The notes beneath the pieces were generated by a model that saw nothing but the letters and a program-made list of their open reading frames with translations, was not told the origin of the DNA and searched no databases. A DNA stretch of 64,000 nucleotides from Nitrospinota bacterium. GTDB lineage: Bacteria > Nitrospinota_A > UBA7883. Below, in pieces: positions 36,736 through 44,355 of the stretch (positions are counted from its first letter, which is position 1; every line of letters starts with the position of its first letter). Position numbers and translations under genes: made by a program. The DNA is taken from positions 39,268 to 103,267 of the forward strand of contig CBDCXE010000005.1 of NCBI GenBank assembly GCA_965223725.1, in the 5' to 3' direction.

Positions 36736-36924
36736 CAATGGAGCCCCTCACTTATGATTAAATGAAATACCATAATCATAATACTATGTCAACAAATTAA
36801 ATCCGTCCCAAGTACAATATTTTTGTGTTTGATACTTTCATGGCTGCCGGGTGTAACCTTTCTTCACAGCTTACGTCTTACTGTACATAGGGCTGAATTT
36901 TAAATTTACTGGAAGGATAAAATC

Positions 36925-37113
36925 ATGATTAATAAAGAGGTTTTTGAAAAGTGTGATTGTGGGTGTTTCTGTATAATGGAGGAGGCGCATCAAGGGCAAA
37001 AGGATAAAGGATACAAAAATTTAATTGAACACTGCTGCCCGGACTTAAAAAGAGTTTCTTCTGGTGAGCAGGATGGAGGTGAAAAATCGAAAGGCTGTTG
37101 TTATTGTTGTTAA
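36925..37113 (+). CDS. cysteine-rich 62-aa peptide (CDCGCFC ... HCCPD ... GCCYCC)
   Basis: GGAAGGA lies 8 nt upstream of the ATG. 11 Cys occur in three clusters, including the last five residues CCYCC. It sits 197 nt upstream of an ECF sigma gene on the same strand. Confidence 0.45.
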   Translation: MINKEVFEKCDCGCFCIMEEAHQGQKDKGYKNLIEHCCPDLKRVSSGEQDGGEKSKGCCYCC

Positions 37114-37310
37114 CAACAAAGAGACCGCAAAGCATGGACATCGGACAGAATTGTTCGATGATCAGGCGGAAAGAGGGCTTTGGAACAGGCGACGTCATTG
37201 GTTTTAATTGAATTGTGCATTATTATGAAAGTAACAAGTTAATGGAAAGCATGGACTATGGGTTGCATGACAACAAACTTCCAGTCTTGTAATAATGATT
37301 CGGAGGCGGT

Positions 37311-37913
37311 ATGAAAATGGATGGCAAAGAGCTTAATCTTGACGAGACACTAGCTTCATACAGACCCCGGATAGCAGGGTTCATATCAAGTATGACGCAT
37401 GGCGATGTCGATATCGACGACATGGTTCAGGAAACTTTGATCAGAATATCAAAGGGGCTGGAAAACTATAGGGAAGAGTCTTCGCTCTCTTCCTGGGTTT
37501 TCCAGGTTGCCTCAAATGTTGTAAAAGATGATTTCAGATCCAAAGCGTCGCGTAGGGGCCAATTTAATCATTGGGAAGTTGCCAACTTTGCTGAGCCAGA
37601 GGACAATTTGACGCAGATAGTAAAAAGAGAGACGCGCGATTGTGTGCGTGATGGAATAGCGTCATTGCCAGAGAAATACCGCCAGACATTAGTCTTGTTT
37701 TATATGGAAGGTATGTCCGTGAAGGAGATCGCCGCCTCCGAAGGTTCGAGCGAAAATTCTGTCAAGGTCCGTCTCCATCGGGCTCGTAAAAGGTTTCGCA
37801 AAATTTGCGCATCAACATGCAATGTTACCACTGACCCTGCTGGAACGGTCGCCTGTGAACCTAAAGGCGATGACTTGCAAAAGAATAGCAGTTACGGGCA
37901 ACCAGGCTTGTAA
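37311..37913 (+). CDS. ECF (sigma-70 family group 4) RNA polymerase sigma factor with Cys-containing C-terminal extension
   Basis: Region 2 (DDMVQETLIRISKGLENY...SWVFQVASNVVKDDFR) and region 4 (LPEKYRQTLVLFYMEGMSVKEIA...VKVRLHRARKRF). About 35 extra residues follow, with C-x3-C ... C (CASTCNVTTDPAGTVAC). Confidence 0.8.
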   Translation: MKMDGKELNLDETLASYRPRIAGFISSMTHGDVDIDDMVQETLIRISKGLENYREESSLSSWVFQVASNVVKDDFRSKASRRGQFNHWEVANFAEPEDNLTQIVKRETRDCVRDGIASLPEKYRQTLVLFYMEGMSVKEIAASEGSSENSVKVRLHRARKRFRKICASTCNVTTDPAGTVACEPKGDDLQKNSSYGQPGL

Positions 37914-37949
37914 GCTATCCTGCGTTGGAGGTAAAGCGCTGTTATCACA

Positions 37950-39317
37950 TCAAAAACTCTTCAGATTATATATTTTTAAGGGGCTGTGCAAAGGATTATT
38001 TACAGCCTTGAATTCAGCGACAGGCTTCATTGCATGGGAGGTAAAACCTGGTATGTCGTCGCAAACCAGCAATTTTTCGGAAGGGGGCCATTGGCCCAGA
38101 ACCGAGTCTTGTAAGGTTGCCATGCTTTTTACACTTTTGACGGTAATTGTTGATGGATAACGGTCGAAATATCGTTCCACCGGACCGCAGTATAGCGTTG
38201 TATCTGCATGTGACGCATTCAGCCATTCGGCCATTTGAGCAACTGGTGGATTGCGATTGGTAACGCTGGCATATAAGAAAAGCGTTGTGATGATTATCGA
38301 TACGGCTATAAAAAATATACTGCATGACCAGCGTTTGGCGGCTGGCGCCAGCATGATGATAAATGCGGGAACAACAGGCGCAAAATGTCGGCTGTTATTT
38401 ATGTTCTGCCCAAACGCTAGCCATACCAGGTATAGCGCTGTGGCTGCAAGGTACATGCTGGCGCTGCTATCTAACCCGCGCCATTTTTTTATTATCGAAA
38501 TAGCGCCTAAGATAAACAGGCATGTCCACAACATACTTAATACAACCGAACCGCCTGAGTAAAGGCCCAGCGTCGCGCAGATTTGCATGATTAAAATAAA
38601 AATACGGTTATTAGCCCCGTTAGCCGAGGAGATGGCGCCGCCCCAATCAGTGAAGTGCCCGAAGGTAAAGGCTGCACCGGCTTTGAATAGCTCGTGCGGG
38701 CCCACAATCGCCATCTCTGGAATTAGCCATATAAGCATGCCAAGCGCGACACCTGGCAATATTCCAGTTAAGCGACGATAGTATATACCGAAAGCCATAA
38801 ACGCCAGAGCGTATGGCCACCAGGAGAGGCGAACACCAAGCATTATCCCCAAGGCTATACCGGCAATGAACCAGCTTATAACACGATCAGAGCCCCCTCT
38901 GTTTAAAACGATCGGTACTGCCAAAAGGATAGCGAGCGCTGTGGCCTCTGTGAGCATGGCGCTGGAGAGGAAAAAGAAAAGCGGGTTCGCCGCCATGATT
39001 GCTATAAGGAGAGTAGCTGCGAGTCGATCTTTGTATCCAGTCAGCCAGAGATGCATAATCAACAGGCATAGCGTCCCCGATATTATCGATAACAAAACCA
39101 GCGCCCATTCAGTGGATGGGGCGATTAATGTTAATAATTTGCCAGCGCCAATATAAACCGGATAACCAGGGAAATGCGGCTGATGAAAAACCGGATCGTA
39201 ATATTCGACGCCGAACAGAAAGTTGATACTGTCCTGGTTGCCAGGCGCTGGCGCCGCGCAAACGTAGGCGCCAACTATAAAAAAAAGTATAATGACTGTC
39301 AGCGCCGCTATTGCCAT
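37950..39317 (-). CDS. polytopic membrane protein, GT-C-like (ArnT/PMT/DUF2723-type glycosyltransferase fold)
   Basis: About 11 hydrophobic segments, an early loop HQPHFPGYPVY resembling the hPPGYP loop of DUF2723/PMT_2 proteins, and a soluble C-terminal ~90 aa. Confidence 0.5.
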   Translation of the reverse strand: MAIAALTVIILFFIVGAYVCAAPAPGNQDSINFLFGVEYYDPVFHQPHFPGYPVYIGAGKLLTLIAPSTEWALVLLSIISGTLCLLIMHLWLTGYKDRLAATLLIAIMAANPLFFFLSSAMLTEATALAILLAVPIVLNRGGSDRVISWFIAGIALGIMLGVRLSWWPYALAFMAFGIYYRRLTGILPGVALGMLIWLIPEMAIVGPHELFKAGAAFTFGHFTDWGGAISSANGANNRIFILIMQICATLGLYSGGSVVLSMLWTCLFILGAISIIKKWRGLDSSASMYLAATALYLVWLAFGQNINNSRHFAPVVPAFIIMLAPAAKRWSCSIFFIAVSIIITTLFLYASVTNRNPPVAQMAEWLNASHADTTLYCGPVERYFDRYPSTITVKSVKSMATLQDSVLGQWPPSEKLLVCDDIPGFTSHAMKPVAEFKAVNNPLHSPLKIYNLKSF

Positions 39318-39335
39318 TTATCTCAATAACAAGCG

Positions 39336-40733
39336 TCAGACGACCGACCCAGCCTCGATAACCTTACCGGCGTTATGAATGTTTTCGATCTCGTTGTCAT
39401 CGGTTCCATTAATAATTTTGCTGGCCCACCTTCTGCCCATCAGCATGGCCGTATCCATGAAAATATATTTGAACAACCCTTGCCTGCCCAACGTGTCGAG
39501 ATTATCATACCGCTTGACTACGTTTCGCAATGTTCTCACTTTCGCGCTGTAACCCAGCCCATACCTTGGGTACGCATGTTCGGCGTACGTGGAAAAATGG
39601 CTAGACACATTGGCGGAAAAATCAAACCCCAGCTTACCCAGGTCGACTATTGCCCGTTCCATAAGATCGTCCCCGTTGACGTTCCATATGTATTCGTCTT
39701 TCTCGCATGGTATCTCCAGCATCAGCGATGTTTTCCCTTCCGGCGCGCTGTATGGGCTCCTACGTTTTGGTTCCTGAACCCTGGTCATCAATATATCTTT
39801 CTCCGGAGTATACATCCATGTGTTTGGCGAAACATTTTCCACTCCGTCCAGAACTATATTCAGAAATCGTAATGAACGAAAAGGGAGTGGTTCGATCTCG
39901 TCCGGCTCCAGTAATGAAACAAGCTGATCCAATGGTATTGTGGATAGGAAAAAATCGGCGTCAAGTCCAACTTTTTCGCCCGATTCTTTTTCAATAAGCG
40001 CTTGGCAGATTGTATTTTTCTCCGACAGGAATGCGACCGGCCTGGCGCCTGTTAATATTTTCCCGCCCTTGCGTTCAATATCCTGTGCCATCGCTTCGAA
40101 TATCTGGCCTATGCCACCTTCAGGGTAATGATACTTGGAGGCATATGATCGTGGCTTCGATCCGGTTAATCCAATCGATTTAATGATCGCCTGTTTCAAG
40201 TCTGGAGTCGATATCCGTTGCGCAGCCCAATCGGACGATAGTCGCGCCGCCGGGATGCCCCACAGCTTTTCAGTGTACGGTTTGAAAAAATAGTCGGCCA
40301 AAGGTTTACCAAACCGATTGTCGACCCACGCTTCAAATGAATCGGCCGGGGCGGACGATTTGGTAAAACCGATAGATGACGCAAAATAGCCGGCTGCAAA
40401 ACGCGCAGTGTCTGGCAGGCTCGATTTTGTAAACGCGTCGACCAGATTAATCGGGTAATCGTATTGTCGGCCAGCAAACCGTATGATGCTTTTGCGTTCT
40501 CTGGTTAGCAGACGATCACCCAGCAGAGAGCTGATGTCATTGATAAGCAGCTGGTCAGCAGAGATGAAACGATGCCCACCCAGATCGAACTGGTATCCAT
40601 CCCTCCGTGTGGTTTTGCACAGGCCGCCCGGGGCGCGATCCCTTTCGATTACGGTTACATCTACTCCGGCGTTTGCCAGGTCCCAGGCGGCGGTGAGTCC
40701 GCATGGCCCGCCGCCAAATATAACCGCGTTCAA
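39336..40733 (-). CDS. FAD/NAD(P)-binding oxidoreductase (amine oxidase / phytoene desaturase-like)
   Basis: N-terminal Rossmann motif VIFGGGPCGLTAAWDLANAGVDVTVIERDRAPGG; ~465 aa. Confidence 0.75.
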   Translation of the reverse strand: MNAVIFGGGPCGLTAAWDLANAGVDVTVIERDRAPGGLCKTTRRDGYQFDLGGHRFISADQLLINDISSLLGDRLLTRERKSIIRFAGRQYDYPINLVDAFTKSSLPDTARFAAGYFASSIGFTKSSAPADSFEAWVDNRFGKPLADYFFKPYTEKLWGIPAARLSSDWAAQRISTPDLKQAIIKSIGLTGSKPRSYASKYHYPEGGIGQIFEAMAQDIERKGGKILTGARPVAFLSEKNTICQALIEKESGEKVGLDADFFLSTIPLDQLVSLLEPDEIEPLPFRSLRFLNIVLDGVENVSPNTWMYTPEKDILMTRVQEPKRRSPYSAPEGKTSLMLEIPCEKDEYIWNVNGDDLMERAIVDLGKLGFDFSANVSSHFSTYAEHAYPRYGLGYSAKVRTLRNVVKRYDNLDTLGRQGLFKYIFMDTAMLMGRRWASKIINGTDDNEIENIHNAGKVIEAGSVV

Positions 40734-40745
40734 AATATTATCTCC

Positions 40746-41843
40746 TTACCAGAAGGCGACTATCTGAAAGATGGTGTTGTTGTTGTCCACCTTCGGACCC
40801 TGCTCGTCATTTATCTGATGCTCCGCCTTCAACTGCACCCCCTTGGTGGCGTGCCATACCACGCCGAACGATGTCTCGGTTTTCTGATTATCAGCTACAT
40901 CCTTATCATTATCATACTGCCCGTATCTGGCGACAATTTCAAATAGTGGATGGACATGAGAGCTAAGCTGCGCATAATAACCTTCCACATTTTTGTCTTG
41001 CCCTGCCAGGGAAGAAGCGCTCTCATCCTTGCCGTTTACGTACTCTGCTATGAGCGTCGGCGCCATATCGGCTCCAAATATTTTATCCGAGTCAACCCTC
41101 AAATGTGCGCCGAATCGCTGGGAAGTAAACTCATCATTTTCATCCCATTTGCCAGAAGCGAATGATAGGCCGGTGTTTACGCCTTCCATTAGTTGATCCA
41201 TCCGGATGGTGGCGCCGAAGGTTTTACTGTCATTGCCGCCGCCTTTGCTGTCGCGGGAGATACCGCCGTTGAACGTGTCACCATTGATGACGTATAAATC
41301 GACCTGTCCAAACCCGTCGAACTGCTGGTTTACTCCTACGCCCACATCTGACCATGTGCCTGGAATAATACCGCCGCTTTTCATGACTTTCGGGCGAGTT
41401 ATCAATTTGTTTTTATGACCAGGATAGCTGAGGTATTCGATGCCGAAAGGTACATAAAAAATACCAGCGATCAATGCCGTTGGATCCCATGGTGTCAGGC
41501 GCAGGTTGGCGCTGTCAACCTTGATTTCACCCGATCCTCCATCTCTACTTTCGCCCGAATCTTCGAGACGTGGAAAGTGCTCATATTCAATTTCGGAAGA
41601 GACGAAGGCTATTTCGCTTAGCTTCACTCCCATCCAAACCGTGATTTTATGCGCGTCGAATGTACTGTTTTTACCTTCACTATCCCAATATTCAAACTCG
41701 TAATAGCCGTGCCACTCTACTGGTGAAGAGTCGCCTGATCCAACCTCCGAAACGTCGAATGCGTATCCATTTTCAGCATTGACAACGCTGACAACCACCG
41801 CTGCAATGAATATGAAAACCATTCTCAATAAATAAAACCTCAT
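40746..41843 (-). CDS. outer-membrane porin-like beta-barrel protein
   Basis: Signal peptide, alternating amphipathic strands rich in Y/G/D/N, and a C-terminal ...FQIVAFW aromatic terminus. Confidence 0.6.
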   Translation of the reverse strand: MRFYLLRMVFIFIAAVVVSVVNAENGYAFDVSEVGSGDSSPVEWHGYYEFEYWDSEGKNSTFDAHKITVWMGVKLSEIAFVSSEIEYEHFPRLEDSGESRDGGSGEIKVDSANLRLTPWDPTALIAGIFYVPFGIEYLSYPGHKNKLITRPKVMKSGGIIPGTWSDVGVGVNQQFDGFGQVDLYVINGDTFNGGISRDSKGGGNDSKTFGATIRMDQLMEGVNTGLSFASGKWDENDEFTSQRFGAHLRVDSDKIFGADMAPTLIAEYVNGKDESASSLAGQDKNVEGYYAQLSSHVHPLFEIVARYGQYDNDKDVADNQKTETSFGVVWHATKGVQLKAEHQINDEQGPKVDNNNTIFQIVAFW

Positions 41844-41898
41844 GATTGCTCCTTAAAAGATAGATATAAAAATAGAATTGATCGTCTTTAGAATAGGG

Positions 41899-42507
41899 TC
41901 ATTCTTTGAAGACGGGAAATGACTTTTCGATATGCTCTTCGATCGATTTTACGGCAAGGTCATAATTCGCCACATCCGGCGCTTTCTGTCCGATGCCGAA
42001 CAGGCCCGGGTTACCTAAAGCTTCCAGCGCAAGGTTAAACTGGGTGAAAATTTGTGCGCTGGTTTGCGGGTCGAGTTTCCTTATATTGCCATCCAGAACA
42101 TCAGAATAGCTTTTATGGGCAAGCTTCAGCCGCGCCTTGGCGTTTTTGAAATCCGACAATTTTTCATTTTGATTTTGATGCAGCTTCTCGCGAATAGAGA
42201 GGTAGACCACATTCGCAAATACCTCGGCGGTTTTGGAAACATCCATTTCCTCGATGGCGGCGTCAACCCGCGGAGCCAGATAGTCCAGCTCGAACAGGTG
42301 GCCTTTTTGGAGCGCAACGCATTTATCAAATTCCGGCTTGACTTTATCCCACATCCCTTTTCGGGCAGAGGTGATGGCGGATTTGAATATGACCGCAATA
42401 GGGTCCTCCTTTTCGGCGTAGCTATAAGCCATCACACCGCTTGCGCTGGAAAGAATAATGCCTGAGACCGCAATCATAACGGTCAAAATGGTACGAGGAT
42501 TATGCAT
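41899..42507 (-). CDS. hypothetical helical periplasmic protein coupled to FTR1
   Basis: Start MHNPRTILTVMIAVSGIILSSASGVMA (signal peptide) overlaps the FTR1 stop by 8 nt. No recognisable family. Confidence 0.5.
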   Translation of the reverse strand: MHNPRTILTVMIAVSGIILSSASGVMAYSYAEKEDPIAVIFKSAITSARKGMWDKVKPEFDKCVALQKGHLFELDYLAPRVDAAIEEMDVSKTAEVFANVVYLSIREKLHQNQNEKLSDFKNAKARLKLAHKSYSDVLDGNIRKLDPQTSAQIFTQFNLALEALGNPGLFGIGQKAPDVANYDLAVKSIEEHIEKSFPVFKE

Positions 42508-43348
42508 GAACAACTTCTTTTTTCCCATATAAACGGTCACCCATCAGCAACCAGCCCATGCTGATCAGATAGCCCCAGTAGGTGACAACTTGTAGCGCGC
42601 TGGGCGAATGGGTGTAGCCAAAAAGGGCTTTGAAGAAAATGCCAACTTCGCTATGGTCCTTCATGAACCACCCGATATCAACAACGTTATTTTTTATGAT
42701 GGGCAATGCGTTGATATCCTGCAATATCCCGATGCAGTTGGAACAAAGCCCGGCGGCAATGAGTATGATCAAAGCGCCTGTAATCTGAAAAAATGTTTTA
42801 ATAGGCAACGATTTCAGCCCTGTGAAAATAAGGACCGTGGTAATGATCGACGCGGCAATACCAAGCAGGCCGCCTAGCAACACACCAGAGCCCATCTGGT
42901 CGCCGAAAAGCGCGCCCAGGAACAGCACGGTCTCGAACCCTTCCCTGACAACAGCCAGGTAGGCCATGAAAATGAGGGCGAATATACTGCCGGCGCTGAT
43001 GACCTCGGTCAGCTTCGCCTCCATTGTGTTTTTTATGCTGCGGGAGTTGTGGCTCATCCAGATGACCATATAGGATAAAACAACAACGGCAAGCCCCATC
43101 GTGGCAAGCTTGATATACAGCTCGCCCATGGTGCTGGAGAAGCCGCTGTAAAATAGCTGAAATACGACAGCAAGAGCGAACGCGGAAAGCACACCAAGAG
43201 TGACGCCCACATAGACCCATTTGTAATATTGTTTCAAACCAGAGCGGGAAAGATAGGAGATGATAATCCCCACTACCAAAAACGCTTCTAACCCTTCGCG
43301 GAACGTTATTAAAAATCCACCAGTCATCTTTCTGCCATTTTCTGTCAA
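42500..43348 (-). CDS. FTR1/EfeU family high-affinity iron permease
   Basis: Two REXXE motifs (REGLEAF and REGFETV) in a 7-TM protein. An alternative start lies at 43327. Confidence 0.85.
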   Translation of the reverse strand: MTENGRKMTGGFLITFREGLEAFLVVGIIISYLSRSGLKQYYKWVYVGVTLGVLSAFALAVVFQLFYSGFSSTMGELYIKLATMGLAVVVLSYMVIWMSHNSRSIKNTMEAKLTEVISAGSIFALIFMAYLAVVREGFETVLFLGALFGDQMGSGVLLGGLLGIAASIITTVLIFTGLKSLPIKTFFQITGALIILIAAGLCSNCIGILQDINALPIIKNNVVDIGWFMKDHSEVGIFFKALFGYTHSPSALQVVTYWGYLISMGWLLMGDRLYGKKEVVHA

Positions 43349-43405
43349 ATATTATTGACGCATGTTTACAAGTAATCACTTTTGCCGATTATCGGCTTGT
43401 ATTTC

Positions 43406-43424
43406 GATATTGATAATCATATTC
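43406..43424 (-). promoter_or_regulatory. Fur-box-like operator upstream of the FTR1 operon
   Basis: GATATTGATAATCATATTC matches 16 of 19 positions of the GATAATGATAATCATTATC consensus. It lies 58-76 nt upstream of the FTR1 start. Confidence 0.55.
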
Positions 43425-43503
43425 AATATCTAAAAGCAAGTCAACACTTTTTTTCATTTTTTTTGATCAGTAGTTAAAAGATCGGATTCCTCAGGATGGG
43501 AGC

Positions 43504-44067
43504 TTACTCTACCAGCAGCATTCCGTTCCAGATGATCTCGGTTTTAGGCGGAAGGTCGAAGGGCAGGCCTGCATTAATAGAGGTTTGCACTACATCGATA
43601 CCCACCGCTTCCAACGATGGACGGGGTTTGTACGGCTCCGGGCACTTTTCCGTGGAACCGACGGCTACACATTCTTCACATAGCAGGCACCTGCCGCCAA
43701 TAAACCCGGTGGCATAGTGAAACCCCATCTGCATTGCCTTGCCTTCTATATTGTTGATGAGCATGTGGAGGTTGATCTCCGCCAGCCGCATGTCATCCAG
43801 TGCCTTTGCGACACTTTTGTCGGTGGTGGTTTTTATGCCCTTTTTTTCAAGCGAAGCGATAAATTTTAATACCTCGCTTTTATCAGCGGAGGTAATAGAG
43901 CCATCGATATCGCTTTTGGTCTGGATCAGCATAGCGACACTGTAGTTACCAGTCATCCTTCGGAAATCATCCACTGACATTGTGTTAGGTGGGCATGTGA
44001 GGCAATGCCCATAATGCGGGCACAGCGGTATTTCACATTTCATGCGCACCCGCTCGTCCACAACCAC
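43504..44067 (-). CDS. DUF2284-type predicted metal-binding protein
   Basis: RVRMKCEIPLCPHYGHCLTCPP and later CxxC (CLLCEEC) motifs. Protein-like sequence (NSNTSYKELEKFAVDIGAHRTSVFPAEQ) continues in frame upstream to 44160 without ATG, GTG or TTG (see finding). Confidence 0.65.
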   Translation of the reverse strand: MVVDERVRMKCEIPLCPHYGHCLTCPPNTMSVDDFRRMTGNYSVAMLIQTKSDIDGSITSADKSEVLKFIASLEKKGIKTTTDKSVAKALDDMRLAEINLHMLINNIEGKAMQMGFHYATGFIGGRCLLCEECVAVGSTEKCPEPYKPRPSLEAVGIDVVQTSINAGLPFDLPPKTEIIWNGMLLVE

Positions 44068-44355
44068 TTGTTCGGCAGGGAAGACGCTGGTTCTGTGGGC
44101 GCCGATATCGACAGCGAATTTTTCCAGCTCTTTATAACTGGTGTTGGAGTTATTCAGCTTTCATCTCCTGGTTGATACACTGTTCCCACTGATTTTAACA
44201 TAACCTGAATCAAGCGCAATTTTTAGTCTTGATGTCGATTATAGTCATTCAGCTTGCACAACCGCTGATTATCATGGACAATCCAGTTTTAGTTATTATG
44301 GTCGTTACCACACGATAGGCGCCAATAAATTTTAGGTTATTTAAAAACAGAAACA

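Noticed and set aside
37114-37310. GGAAC motif upstream of the ECF sigma gene as a possible autoregulated ECF promoter
   Set aside because: The CGTC-like element follows after only about 7 nt rather than the ~16-17 nt spacing typical of ECF promoters. No properly spaced -10 element is present.
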